Assembly (NCBI RefSeq): GCF_004010195.1
Contig: NW_025215381.1
Location: 631,418 to 681,769, forward strand
DNA length: 50,352 nt
DNA from: Chiloscyllium plagiosum
Lineage: Eukaryota
Reading direction: 5' to 3'
The notes beneath the pieces were generated by a model that saw only the letters and a program-made list of their open reading frames with translations, did not search any database and was not told the origin of the DNA. Shown piece by piece: positions 10,450-24,159 of this stretch. Position numbers and translations under genes: made by a program. The first letter of the stretch is position 1; the number at the start of each line of letters is the position of its first letter.

Positions 10450-12442
10450 TGCACAGTTTGATAAGAAAGAGGTGTTAGCCTTCTTCATTTCATGTGAGGA
10501 AGTGGCTAAAGAAATGAAATGGTGTGTGCAGGAGGGTTTCTTAACACAGTATGTCGAAGGGTTGACAAGGCGGGGGGCACACTGGATCTGGTGCTTGGTA
10601 ATGAACTAGGCCGGGTGTTCGATTTAGTGATAGGTGAGCACTTTGGAGAGAGTGTCCCTAATTCGGTTACGTTTAGTTTAGTGATGGAAAGGGATAGGTA
10701 CATGCCACAGGGCAAGAGTTATAGATGGGGGAAGGGCAATTATAATGCAATTAGGCAATACGTAGGAGACATAGAATGGGGCAGCAAAATGCAGGGGTTG
10801 GGGGAATAGATATTGTGTGTCTTTGATAGGTACATCCCTGTCAGACAGTGAGGAAGTGATAAGGGAACTGTGGTTTACTAAAGAAGTTGTATCACTTGTT
10901 AAGCGGAAGAGGGACGCTTATGTGATGTTGAGATGAGATGATTTGGATGAGGCGATGGAGAGTTACAGATTAGCTAGGAAGGATGTAAAGAGAGTTAAGA
11001 AGGGAAAGGAGGGGACATGAGCACTGTTTAGTAGGTAGAATAAAGGAGTTCCCTAAAGCCTTCTATAGGTATGTGAGGAATAAAAGGATGACTAGGGAAG
11101 GAATAGGGCCAGTCAAAGACAGAAGTGGGAAGTTGTGTGTGGACCCTGTGGAGATCAGAGAGGTGCTAAACGAATATTTCTCATCTGTTTTCACTCAGGA
11201 AAAGGAGAATGTTGTAGAGAAGATTGAGATATGGGCTATTAGACTAGAAAGGATTGAGGTTGGTAAGGAGGTGGTGTTACCAATTCGAGAAGGTAAGTCC
11301 CCTGGGCTCGATGGGATTCCTCCGAGAATTGCGGAATCTTTGGCCTTGATTTTTGAGTTGTCATTGTCTACAGGTTTAGTACCAGAGGACTGGAGGATTG
11401 CAAATGTTGTGCCCTTGTTCAAGAAGGGCAGTAGAGATGACCCAGTTAATTATAGACAAGTGAGCCGCATGTCTGTTGTAGGAAAAGTTTTGGAAAGGAT
11501 TATAAAAGATAAGATTTATAATCATCTAGTAAGTAACAATTTGATTGGAAATAGTCAACATGGATTCATCAAGGGCAGGTAGTGTCTCACAAATCTCAGT
11601 TTTTTTGATACTAAAGTCGGTGGAGTGGTGGACAGTGTGGAAGAATGTTGCAGGGAGACTTGGATAAACTGCAGAATTGGGTGAAAGGTGGCAACTGGAG
11701 TTCAATGCAGATAAATATAAGGCGATTCACTTTGGGAAGAGTAACAGGAAGGCTGGGTCAATGGAAAGATTCTTAGTAGTCTGGGTGTGCAGAGGGATCT
11801 TGGACTCCATGTACATAGATCCCTGAAAGTTGCCACCCAGGTTGATTGTGCTGTTAAGAAGCATTCGGCGTGTTAGGTTTTATTGGTAGAGGGATTGAGT
11901 TCCGGAGCAGTGTTATCATGCTGCAACTATATAAAATGGCTGGTGCGGCCGCACTTGGAATATTGTGTACAGTTCTGGTCGCCCCATTACAGGAAGGATG
12001 TGGAAGCATTGAAAAAGGTGCAGAGGAGATTTACCAGGATGTTGCCTGGTCTGGAGCAAAGGGACTTGGGCCAGTTCTCGTTGGAAAGAAGGCTAAGAGG
12101 GAATTTAACAGAGACATACAAGATAATCACAGGATTAGATAGGGTGGACAGTGAGAGTCGTTTTCCTCGGATGGTGTCTGCTTGTACGAGGGGTATAGCT
12201 ACAAATCGAGGGGTGGTAGATTTAAGACAGATGTCAGGGAGCGGTTCTTTTACTCAAAGTTGTAAGGGCGTGGAATACCCTGCCTGCCAATGTCGTTAAC
12301 GCAGCCACTTTAGGGGCATTTAAACAGTCCTTGGATAAGCACATGGATCATGGGATAGTGTTGGGGGGATGGGCTTAGATTAGTTCACAGGTCGGCGCAA
12401 CAGAGGGCCGAAGGGCCTGTTCTGCGCTGTATTATTCTATGA
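10450..12442 (+). mobile_element. CR1/HER1-type LINE ORF2 fragment with 3'UTR, internally deleted
   Basis: ORFs 10519-10809 (LDLVLGNE), 11073-11582 (KSPGLDG, PEDWRIANVVPLFKKG, SQHGF) and 11883-12299 (RPHLEYCVQFWSP); tail ggccgaagggcctgttctgcgctgtattattctatg. Confidence 0.92.
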
Positions 12443-12444
12443 CC

Positions 12445-13400
12445 ATCTGAGTATTGCTGATTCAAACAAAATTGGTGGGTGGAGCTCGTGAGGTATTTGC
12501 ATCATTATCAGGGGAAGTGTCTGGGGAGTTTGAGGAGATGAAAAATGCCATCTTAAGTGCAGCATTAGTGCCAGAAGCCTACAGACAAATATTTTACGAA
12601 CCTAAGAAGAATAACCTGTGAAGTGTACGTGGAGTTTGAAAGAATCAAATTAAGTCACTTTGATAGGTAGATAATGGCACTAAAATTAAATTAGACAACT
12701 GATGTCTTAGAGAGACTTATTTTGGAGGAGTTCAAAAATTCACCTCCTGAAGTAATGAGAACTCGTGGAAGAATAGGAGTTAAGATTGTAAGATTAGCAG
12801 AAATGGCAGATCATTATAAGTTAGCTCCTAAATCAAAACTTGGCTTCCAACATCAATTTAAATTGGTGAGGGACAAATTGGGGAAAAGAGAAGTACTCAG
12901 ATAGTAAAGAAACAGAAGACCGCATTTAAGATAGTAAAGATAGTTTACCACAGATTTAAAAAAAAAAGGACACCCAATTTTTTGGGCATGGTGGGGTGGA
13001 GGGTGGCAGCAGAGAAATAAAAACCCTTGAAGTCACAGTGCTGATGGCTTAAGAAAAGCACTGGGAAAACAAATGTGGTAAACAAGGTACGTGGTAAAGT
13101 GGTTAAAGGAGATTCCAGTGGAAGCTGGAGAGCTGCAAATTAATGTACAGCCTGGTTAGGGATTGGTTAATGAGAAAGTACAAGATCTCTTCAAAGAATT
13201 TATCTGTGCGGATAAGATACTTGTGTACCAGCAGAGGCAAGTACAGAAATTAAAATTTTAAGACATCCAAGAGCAAGTCAATCTCTGATAGTGAAAGATG
13301 AGAAGGTACTGACTTTGGAAAGAGCATTGCCAAAAAAGTTGTGATCCGTGGAATTCATGGTGAGTCGAGTGGTAATCCATTGTATAGATTCAAATCGACA
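12445..13400 (+). mobile_element. Gypsy-type LTR retrotransposon gag/protease remnant
   Basis: Frameshifted reads EVFASLS...EEMKNAILSA-LVPEAYRQ, LEEFKNS...LAEMADHYKL, and a degenerate protease-like KILRHPRASQSL at ~13255-13290. Confidence 0.7.
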
Positions 13401-15700
13401 TATTCATACAATGTAGAAAATGTCCTTTCGTCCATTGAATCTGCACCAACACAGTTATCACTAAAAACGTGTTCAACCCATTTTCTTGCACTTGTGCCAT
13501 TTCCTTGAATATTATATTTGAAGCACTCATCCAAATATCTTTTTAAGGCTGTAAGGTTTTTAGCCTCCACTACCTTCCTATGCAGTGCATTCTACATTCT
13601 CACCAGTCAGAGTGAAAAAGCTTTTTCCCCAAATCCCCTCTGAATCTCCTGCCCCTTACCCTAAAACTGTGTCCTCTTGCAATTGACACTGTAACCAAAG
13701 CGAACACTGCTCTCTATTCACAAGATTCATACTCCTCATAATATCTTATACAGCTCAAATTTGTATCCTTCCATCTTCTCTGCTCTAAAGAAAACAATCC
13801 AAGCCTATCTAGTCTCTCCTCATAAATCCATTTCTCCATCCAAGGTACCATTCTGGTGGACCTTCTCTGTACCCCCTCCAGTGCTATCACATTCTTCCTG
13901 TAGTAAGCTGACCAGAACTGCACATAGTGCTTCAGCTGTGGCCTAATGTAGTGCTGTACAACACTAACATTACCACCTTGCTCTTATACTCTATGCCTCA
14001 ACTGATGAAAGCAAATTCCCTCTATTCCTTCTTACATAGAAACACAGAAAACAGGTGCAGGAGTGGGCCATTCAATATGATCATGGCTGATCATGCAATT
14101 TCAGTAACTCATTCCCACTTTTGCTCCATTCCCCTTAATCCCTTCAGTCACAAGGGCCATGTCCAGCTCTAAAAGGCTCTGGTCAGACCACATTTGGAAT
14201 ATTGTGTGCAGTTTTGGTCCCCATTTCTCAGCAAGGATGTACAGGCAATGGAGCGTGTTCAAAGGAGGTTCACAAGAATAGTCCCACAAATGCAAAGCTT
14301 AACATATGAGCAATTAGCAATGAGGTAGATAGGATAGTGAAGGCGGCATTTGGTATGATTTCCTTTATTAGTCAAAGCACTGAGTTTAGGAGTTGGAAGG
14401 TGAGGTTGCAGCTGTACAGGACATTGGTTAGGCAACTTTTAGAATATTGCATGCAATTCTGGTCTCCTTCCTATTGGAAGGATGTTGTGAAACTTGAAAG
14501 GGTTCAAAAATGATTTACAAGGATGTTGCCAGAGTTGGAGAGTTTGAGTTACAGGGAGAGAATGAATAGGCCTGGGTTGTTTTCCCTGGAGCGCTGGATG
14601 CTGAGGAGTGACCTTGTAGAGGTTTATAAAATCATGAGGGGCATGGATAGGATAAATAGACAAAGTCTTTTCCTTAGGGTGGGAGAGTCGAGAACCAGAG
14701 GGCATAGATCCAGGGTGAGAGGGGAAAGATATAAAAGAGACCTAAGGGGGGCAGAGGGTGGTGCATGTACGGAATGAGCTGCCAGAGGAAGTGGTGAAGG
14801 CTGATACAATTACAGCATTTAAAAGACATCTGGATGAGTAAATGAATGGAAATGTTTTCGAGGGATATGGGCCAAGTGCAGACAAATGGGACTAGATTAA
14901 GTTAATCTAACTGGTCAGCATGGCCGAGTTGGACTGAAAGGTCTGTTTCCATGCTGTACATCTCTATGACTCTCGGGTTATACTCTGAGTTTAGGAGGAG
15001 GAGGGGGGAATCTAATTGAAACATACAGAATACTGAATACCCTGGACAGAGTAGATGTTAGGAAGCTGTTTCCATTAGTAACAGAGACGGGAGCACAGTC
15101 TTAAGAGTAAAGGGAAGACCTTCTAGAATGGAGATGAGGACAAACTACTTCAGTTAGAGTGTGGTTAATCTATGGAATTCATTGCCACAGAAGGCTGTGG
15201 AGGCCAGATCATTGAGTATATTAAAGACAGATAGAAGTAGGTCATGGAGTATTAAAAGGGAACGGGGCTACAAGGAGAAAGCAAGAGAATGGTGGTGAGA
15301 AAAACATATCAGCCATGACAGAATGAGGGAGCAGACTCGCTGGGCTGAACGGCATAATTTCTGCTCCTTTATCTTATGATCTCAATGCTCTTCCAATATC
15401 CTGCAGCTTTGCACACTGTTTGGCTTCTTGGTCCCTAACAGGCCCTACTCTTTCTCTGGTGAACCTCTTCCATTTAAATGTATTTATAAAATACTTCAGG
15501 GTTCTCCCTAATCCTGCTTGCATGCCCTTTTTCATAACTATGTTTTGCTCTGATTGATTCCCTCCTGCACTTCCTGTACTCCTCTACGGCTGCAGCTGAA
15601 TTACTCCCTTTGAACATGCTGAAAGCCTACTCTTCTTTATCAAGACCTAGACTTCCAGGGTTCTCTGAACTTATTGTTCTTACATTTCCCTTTAAAGGGA
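13400..15700. mobile_element. Cluster of nested CR1 fragments on both strands
   Basis: Minus 13400-14030 (QFWSAYYRKNVIALEGVQRR); plus ~14176-15380 with a nested copy at 14325-14972 (LPELESLSYRERMNR); minus ~15385-15700. Confidence 0.82.
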
Positions 15701-15984
15701 ACCTGTGTACGGGAAGGTTGGAGAATCCAGTGAAAGTGGTGGTTGAAATAATAGAAAAATTTTGCGTTACAAAGGTACAGTTTGCCCTCAGGAATAAATA
15801 TAGATGGATCACTATCTTCTTAAAAGCCAGTGGAAAATCAGGCAACTGAGATGTTACATGATGTATATCCTGGGATTTTCCGGACGGTAGTAACGAGGTC
15901 ACAAAGCCACAGTTTGAAGCAAGAGGAGAAATCGAAGAATAAAAATAAAGAAATTGAAGTTCAATTCATCAGAAACTATGTTGC

Positions 15985-16495
15985 TAGTTCCCATTGAGAA
16001 GGTAGTGGCAAGCTGCCTTCTTGGACCGCGGTGGTCCACCTGCTGTGGGCTAACCATCAATGCCAATAGGGAAAGAATTCCAGGATTTTGACCCAACGAC
16101 AGTGAAGAAACGATATACTTCCGAGTAGCCTGGAGGGGAACTTAAAAATGGTGGTGTTCCCATACATCTGCTGCCTTTATCCTTCTAGGTGGAATTGGTC
16201 ATGGGTTTGAAGGTGTTGTTGGAGGATCTTTGGTGAATTTGTGCAGTGCATCTTGTGGATAGTACACTGCTGCTACTGAAATTCGGTGGTGGAGGGACTG
16301 GATGCTTATGGAATCAGTGCCAATCAAGCGAGCTGCTTTGTCCTGGATGGTGTCAAGCTTCTTGAGTGTTGTTGAGGCTGCACCCATCCAGACAAGTGCG
16401 GAGTATTCCATCACACTCTTGACTTGTGCCTTGTAGATGTCAGACAGGCTTTAGGGAATCAGGAAGTGAGTTACTTGCTATAGTACCCCTAGCAG
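15985..16495 (-). mobile_element. 3' end of a second non-LTR LINE family (CR1/L2 group, distinct from HER1)
   Basis: ORF 16199-16414 MEYSALVWMGAASTTLKKLDTIQDKAARLIG...SLHHR. Its 3'UTR resembles 25140-25325. Confidence 0.75.
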
Positions 16496-17148
16496 TCTTT
16501 TGATAGGTAAGGAAAACAAAAAGGACAAAGTGGTATTTGTTATTGCTCAGTGAAGAATCAAATCCAGATGATTACAAGTTTGATATTCCTCAAACTAAAC
16601 TGGACAATGAAGTTCTCAAAAATTGGGATCAATTATTGAGTTACCTTCCAGAGACAAATCAAAATGACTTGAAAGAATTATTGCAATCACATGGAGAGAT
16701 ATGGGGGAATAAACTAGGGAGTACTAACATTATGTAGATATTGGAAATATTGTTCCAATTAAGCAACTTCCTCAGACTTAATCCTCTAAAGCTGGCATAG
16801 GTTCAAAAAGAGATTGAAAGCATGCTCAAAGGCAATATAATCCAAGTGATTTGCAGGGAACAGAGCTCACCCACACTGATGGTGTCAAAACCAGTTGGAA
16901 CCTAATGTTTGTGTTGGTTACCGCAAAGTCAATTCAGTTACGAAATCTGAGTCATATCATTTTCCATAGCTGGAAGACAGCATTGAGAAGGAGAGACAAG
17001 CAACTAGCATTTCCAGCTTTAAAATACACAAAGAATACCGGCAGGTATCTTTAATCAGAGAACGAAGAAAATTTCAGCTTTCATGACACCAAATGGACAC
17101 TGACCAGTTTAAGGTTATGGCATAAGCTATATTTCAAAGACTAACGAA
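16496..17148 (+). mobile_element. Gypsy pol remnant (pre-RT and RT N-terminus), probably continuing 12445-13400
   Basis: ORF 16537-16737 (LDNEVLKNWDQLLSYLPE...DLKELL), then degenerate PIKQ-P-RLNPLK-AQVQKEIESML and EISAFMTPNG...QFKVM. Confidence 0.72.
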
Positions 17149-17437
17149 CCTCACAGCACCAGGGTCCCAGGTTCAATTCCAGCCTCCGGTGACTGTCTGT
17201 GTGGAGTTTGCACATTCTTCCCGTGTCTGTGTGGGTTTCCTCCGGGTACTCTGGTTTCCTCCCACAGTCCAAAAATGTGCAGGTCAGGTGAATTAGCCAT
17301 GCTAAATTGCCCATAGTGTTAGGTGCATTAGTCAGAGGGAGGTGTATCTGGGTGGGTTGCTCTTCGGAGGGTCGGTATGGACCGGTTTGGCCGAAGAGCC
17401 TGTTTCCACACTGTAGGGAATCTAATCTAATCTAATC
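17149..17437 (+). mobile_element. HE1-type SINE (5'-truncated)
   Basis: GGTTCAATTCC B-box, core, (AATCT)n tail. Confidence 0.9.
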
Positions 17438-17439
17438 TT

Positions 17440-19892
17440 AATCCAGATGCTGTCTCACTAAAACCTACACAGGGGTAGCAAGACTTCTTGATTCCAATAC
17501 CCCCATTCCTTTATAACAAAAATCAACATGCCATTTGCTTTCCTAACTGCTTCCTTCACCAGCATGCTGACACCATTTCTCATACAACTCTGAGCATCAC
17601 TAACAAAGTTCACATCTTATAAAAAATATTCTAGCTTTCTATTCCTACAAAGTGAATCACATCATTCTTCCCTACATTATATTCCATGTGTCACCTTGCT
17701 GGGCACTCAAGTTATTCACTTACATCTCTTTGCAGGATCAGTAGCCTCCCCATAACTTACCTTTCCATCTAGTTTTGCACGAGCAATAAATTGGGATCAT
17801 AATTCATGACTGTAGATTGTAAAAAGCTGAGGCTCCAGCACTGATCCTCGTAGCGTTATATGAGTCATAGCCTGCCAACTGAAAGTTTCCTATATGCCCA
17901 CGTTATACTCTGTTAACCAATCCCCAATCCATAAATACTTTGGATCTACCTTCACTAAGGAGGTCACAAATAACCTTCAAGAAATACTAGTGGACAGAGG
18001 GTCAAGCATGAAGGAAGAACTGCAGGAAATGGTATTGGGGAAATTGATGGATTAAAATTCGAAAAGTTTTCAGGGTCTGATGCACTGCATCCCAGAGTAC
18101 TTCAGGAAGTGGCCTGAGAAATAATGGATGCATAGCTGATCATTTCCCAGCATTATGCAGATTCTGGAAGAGTTCCAATGGAGTGAAGGTAGCTAATGTC
18201 ACCCCACTCTTTAAACGAAGAAGAGAGAAAATGGGGAATTATAGACTGGTTAGCCTGACATTAGGGGTGGGGAAAATACTGGAATCAATTATTAAGGATG
18301 TAATAATTGAGCATTTGGAAACATTGACAGAATCGGTCCCATTCAGCATGGATTCACAAAAGGGAAACCATGCTTGACAAATCTTCTGGAATTGTTTTGA
18401 AGATGTGACCAGTAGATTGACAGGGGTAAATCAGTAGATGCTTGTATCTGGACTGTCAAAAGGCTATTGACAAAGGTTCCACACAAGGGATTAGTATAGA
18501 AAATTAAAGCCCATGGCACTGGAGGTAATGTATTGACACGGATGCAGAACTGCTTGGCAGACTGGAAGCAGAGAGTTAGAATGAAGGAGTCCTTTTCAGA
18601 ATGGCAGGCAGTGACGAGTGGGTGCCGCAGGGTTCAATACTAGGACCCTAGCTGTTCAATGTACATTAACAATATGGACAAAGGCATTGAATGCAGTAGC
18701 TTCAAATTTGCAGATGATGCCAAGCTGGATGGCAGCATGTGCTGTGAGGAGGATGCTAAAAGGCTGCAAGGTGACTTGGACAGGCTGGCTAAGTGGGCAA
18801 ACAGTACCACGTGGATAAATGTTAGCTTATCCACTTTGATCACAAAAACAAGGAGGCAGACTATCTGCATGGTGGCAGTTTAGGAAAATGTGAGGTGCAA
18901 CAAAACCTAGGATCATGGTGGAACAGTCACTGAAGATTGGCATGCAGGTGTAGCAGGCAGTGAATAAAACTAATGGCATGGTGGCCTTCATAGACTGAGG
19001 ATTTGAGTATCGGAGTAAGGATGCTTTGCTGCAGTTATACAGAGTGTTAGTGAGGCCACACCTTGAGCTTTGTGTGCAGTTTTGAGGAAAGACATCCTTG
19101 TGACTGATAGGCCAGCAAAAGATTCAAACCAGACTGATTCCTGGGATGGCAGGACTGACTGGAAGAAAGACTGGATCGATTGGCTTGTACTCACTGGAAT
19201 TTAGCAGGAGGGGAGGGCAAGTAGGGGGTAGATTTCATAGAAACCCAAAGTCCTGACAGGACTGGACAGGCTAGATGCATGAAGAATAGTCCTGATTAGA
19301 TTACTCACAGTGTGGAAACAGGCCCTTCAGCCCAACAAGTCCACACCGACCCTCCGAAGAGCAACCCACCCAGACCATTCCCCTACATTTACCCCTGACT
19401 AACACACTTAACACTACGGGCAATCTAGCATGCACATTTTTTTTGGACTGTGGGAGGAAACCAGAGCACCTGGAGGAAACCCACGCAGACACGGGGAGAA
19501 TGTGCAAACTCCACACAGACAGTCGCCTGAGGCGGGAATTGACCCCGGATCTCTGGCGCTGTGAGGCAGCAGTGCTAACCACTGAGCCACCGTGATGTTC
19601 AGGAAGTCCAGAAATACGGGTCACAGTCTAAGAATAAGAGGTAAGCCATACAGAACTGGGATGAGGAAGAATTTCTTCACTCAGAGTTGTGAACCTGTGG
19701 CATTTGGTCATTATGAAGATATATATTCAAGAGGGAATTGGACATGGCCCTTGCAGCTAAAGAGATCAAGGGATATGGAGAGAAAGTCAAAATGGGATAC
19801 TAAAATTGCATGATCAACCATGACCATATTGAATGGTCGTCCAGGCTCAAAGGGCCAAATGGTCTACTCCTGCACCTGTTTTTATGTTTCTA
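17440..19892. mobile_element. CR1 fragments: minus ~17440-17930 and plus ~17930-19892
   Basis: ORFs 18183-18377 (KVANVTPLFK...NYRLVSLT) and 18659-18883 (KFADDAKL). Confidence 0.85.
19296..19593 (-). mobile_element. HE1-type SINE nested in a CR1
   Basis: Reverse complement of the HE1 head, core and tail. Confidence 0.9.
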
Positions 19893-22372
19893 ATGTTAAC
19901 ATAATAACACAGCTCCACGAATTTGCTCCACCTTTGCTATGACACCTTATCAAATTCCTTTTAGGAGTTCAAGTGTATCACATCTTCTGGATCCCCTTCA
20001 TCTACCCATTTTCCCAACACTGACATTGAACAGCAGGCCAGTTACCCAGAAAGTGTTTTCTTTCTACCTGTTAAATGGCAATAGATTTTAGGCAGCCTGT
20101 TGAAGAGAAGTGGACAGATTTAGAGGGGATTCCTGAAGTTAGGGACTTTGTAGTTGGTGATCATATCTTCAGCTGAGTAGCAATTACAGAGGAGCTTAAG
20201 AGACTAAAATTGTAGAGTGCCAAAATCACAGGGGGCTGTGGGGCTACAGGAGATTAAACAGGAAGCAAGAGTTTGAAAACAAGAACGGAAATTTGAATGG
20301 AAACTTGAAATCCAAGATGTCATTCACCTGGGAGTTAGTGTAGATCGGCAAACACAGGGGTGATGAACAAATGGTTGCGATAAGACATAGGTAACAGCTA
20401 TAAAATTCTGACAAATGTGTTGCAATTTGGATAGGGTGGCATTTTACATTTTTGCAAGCAGACTGAGCAACAGGAAACAAAATAGCACAGCTATTGAAAA
20501 TGACATTTATCAAATACTTCAACAATCTTTCAAAAATTTACTACTTTGCATTTTAAAAGAAAATGTTGGACTCAGTTAGGAGTTCATTAACCGCTGCAGA
20601 TGATGAGCATATTTTCTGTCCTGAAAAATCATACTGTATGATTTTGTTCCACTTTTAGACAGTATTTGGGTGAACACAATACAACCATTGTACTGGCAAT
20701 TTGCTGAAATTAGAACAAGGTCAAATTATTTGCCAGAAGAGAGAAAGAAATATTTTAAAAGCTATGTTTTTGTAAAATAATAGAAACAATCCAATATATT
20801 TTTCAGTCTTACATAAATGAAGCCTTCGTTTCTAATATAGCTCTTCTCAACTTGGGAGCATGTCCAACAAGGCAGTTTTTAAAAGAAACACTATCCTACC
20901 CTTGTATTTGCAAACCTGATAAACAATGATGTGCATCACTGGCTTCCCTCTTAAAAGTGTGGTTGTCATGACCACGTAAGCATTCACAGAATTATGCCAA
21001 TATTTCTGTACCCAACCTGTCAAATGACTCTGATAACAGAAAGAGCAGACAAGTTGTGTCGTACCACACAATTCACATATTATCTTGCATTCCCTTATCA
21101 AATGTTCACAAATGAATAATTTGCCACTCAGGCAAAGTCAGTACCTGTGGAACCATGTCCTATTCAGCAAGTAATTAATGCCTTCAGGTTTGAAATTCCT
21201 CCAATCACTTTCTCAACTAAGCATCTAACTGAAACACCATTTCTGAGAATGAAATGCAACTGATTTTCTGACTCAACCTAAAAGATTGCAATCCAACTTC
21301 TTGCATATAAATCTCAGCAGAGAGACACAAAGTAAAAGTTAAACAAATACATGACAAGAACATCTGTGGAATGAGGAGAGATTTTAAACTCCAGTCTAAT
21401 ATGCAATACAGAAAGAAAGGAGTACTGGATACAAAACAATTAGAGTTTGCCCTAAGACATCCATACGGCAGTCAATGTTAGAATGTTAAACATCAAAGTT
21501 TACATCACAAAGTGATAAACAGACCTATCTGTACATTTACCTACAGCTTGAGTTGCTCTTTTGTACAACGTTCACACCTCAAGTCTTTGGCTGGGAACAG
21601 ATGCTTTGTGGAGGCCTTACTCAAATGTAGCATACAAGCCCATTAGAAAGGGTAGGACTGTCCATTCGTCTACTCTCTGATCGATGGTACAGAATGATAA
21701 CACTATCACCTGGTGATTAAGATTCATATCATACTCCCATTAGCCAACTGCTTTATTGCATGGAACATGGAGATATGACAAACACCAAAATGCGTACACA
21801 TTTTATGCAATCTAAAAAGGAGAAAATCACAAAAGAATTCACTGAATGACCCCAAATGAAGAACCTAAACAACATTTCAAATGTTGCACCTTATATCATG
21901 GCATGACTCATGACTAATGTGAATACAACAACTGTTTAAAAATAAGGCATCTATCATGTAAAATACAAATGAGGTGAAATTTCTCTCTAAGGATCACTGA
22001 AATTCTTCTGGAAAAGCTACAGAAGCAGAATCCTTGAATATTTTTACAACAGACATGGTCAGATTCTAAGCAAGAGGGTTAAAGATTATAATGGATAGGT
22101 AAAAAAGTAGTTTCAAAGTTACAGTCAGAGTAGCCATGATCTTATTTAATAACAGAATAGACTAGACAGGCTGAATTCCCGATTCTCATTCCTTGTTCAG
22201 ATTCAAGTATTTTAGTCTGAACGATCTTGACCACCGATACTTCAATTAAAGAAAAATGTTACGACATAGCCAGACCAAACCAGACTGACTAACGCTGGAT
22301 AGTGCAATACAGTGAAAATAAAATATCCCATGATCCTTAAAAATTGCCTAATTGTTCTTAACTAATCTTTAA

Positions 22373-22578
22373 AAATAACAGATATTACCAGGTTTACAGC
22401 TTAAACAGAAATTAACTAATACTACAATTTAAAAAGAGCAAAGCTAAACATCGTCCTTTCCACCACTGTAATACTATCTTTGACAAGCAATGCCACACCT
22501 AAATAACAGATATTACCAGGTTTACAGCTTAAACAGAAATTAACTAATACTACAATTTAAAAAGAGCAAAGCTAAACA
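22373..22578. repeat. Perfect 78-bp direct repeat separated by a 50-bp unique spacer
   Basis: 22373-22450 is identical to 22501-22578. Confidence 0.95.
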
Positions 22579-22874
22579 AAGGTAAAGGACTCACTGTATG
22601 ATTTTAAACCCACTCATAACTCTGTCTGTTAGAGAGGGGGGCTAAGGAACAAATTAATTAGCCAGCTCACAAACAGTTTCAAACTATGAATGCTAAATCG
22701 TTATTCAATCCTCAAATGATACGTTGGTCACAGGCACGTAGGACGACACATCTTGTATGAATTCTGAAAGGCACTAGTCCATGCAAACTGCTTCCACAGT
22801 CTATTAGAGAGACTTTTACTTGCACATGAGAGACTTTTCTCATATCTTTGAACAAACTGAAAACTGGATATGAA

Positions 22875-23077
22875 ATCGAGAGCGTGGTGCAGGAAAAGCA
22901 CAGCAGGTCAGGCAGCATCCGAGGAGCAGGTGAATCAACGTTTTGGGCATAAGCTCTTCATCTGGATGTACAAAACGTTGATTCTCCTGCTCCTTGGATG
23001 CTGCCTGACCAACTGTGCTTTTCCAGCACCACACTCTCGACTCTGATCACCAGCATCTGCAGTCCTCACTTTCTCCC
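22875..23077. mobile_element. Short palindromic Penelope-derived element
   Basis: Arms of ~80 bp in inverted orientation; 3' end ccagcatctgcagtcctcactttctcc; perfect 13-bp TSD aactggatatgaa at 22862-22874 and 23078-23090. Confidence 0.8.
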
Positions 23078-23564
23078 AACTGGATATGAACCCCAGCACA
23101 GCCATACTGTGTTCTGCCTAACAATGTCAAAACCAGTTCAATTTTTGTTTTTTGTTTTCCCAACATTGTTTGGTCGGCTGGCTGCCAGCAGTCTCCCTGT
23201 AATAGCCCTTTTTAACATCCAAGCAGCAAATCAGCATGACTGTTCTATCCTTTCTTTAAAAAGAACAAGCTCCTGCTCAAGGTTTAACTTTCAATTTCAG
23301 CCTTCAGTTCCAATCCAAAAGTTAGAAGAATAATGAAAGACAGCGATGGCTCCAGCAACTACTGAAAGTGTAATTTACCTTTTTGAGACAAAAAAGACAT
23401 CTTAGACAACTCAAGCACTGTCCTTCACACATGGCATTACATAGCAACACATTACCTTAGTATGTTTTTGATTCACAAGATAGATCAAGACTCCTATACA
23501 GAAAGCAGCTTCCATGGCAAGAAGGTATGATCATCAGCAAGGCACACTTCCACATACCCTTTGA

Positions 23565-24135
23565 GAAGATTTGTAGCTCAGGTTGAGGCTCTAGATGCAA
23601 GTTTGCTTGCTGAGCTGGAAAGTTCATTTTCAGATGTTTCGTCACCATACTAGGTAACAGTGAGCCTCTGGTGACATGCTGGTGTTAATGTTCTGCTTCC
23701 TATTTATGTGTTTAGGTTTCCTTGGGTTGGTTATGTTTTTTCCTGTGTTGGTGATGTCATTTCCTGTTCTTTTTCTCAGTTCGTGGCAGATGGGATCCAG
23801 GTCAATGGGTTTGTTGATAGTTCCGGTTGGAATGCCACGCTTCAAGGAATTCTCGTGCATGGCTCTGTTTGGCTTGTCCTAAGATGGATGTGTTGTCCCA
23901 GTCAAAGTGGTGTCCTTCGTCATCTGTATGTAAGGATACTAATGATACTGTGTCATGTCGTTTTGTGGCGAGTTGATGTTCATGTAGCCTGGTGGCTAGT
24001 TTTCTGCCCATTTGTCCAACGTAGTGTTTGTTGCAGTTCTTGCAAGGTAGTTTGTAAATGATGTTCATTTTGCTTGTAGTCTGTATAGGATCTTTTAAGT
24101 TCATTAGCTGCTGTTTTATAGTGTGTTGGTAGGTT
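23565..24135 (-). mobile_element. Penelope-like element (second family), GIY-YIG 3' fragment
   Basis: ORF 23802-24104 NIIYKLPCKNCNKHYVGQMGRKLATRLHEH...FDWDNTSILGQ...REFLEAWH; degenerate hammerhead remnant near 23630-23665. Confidence 0.88.
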
Positions 24136-24159
24136 TATCACCTGTTTATCACCAGATAA

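Noticed and set aside
21140..21712. Two minus-strand exon-like segments with plausible splice sites
   Set aside because: The reading frames I checked contain stop codons, and no protein similarity was recognised.
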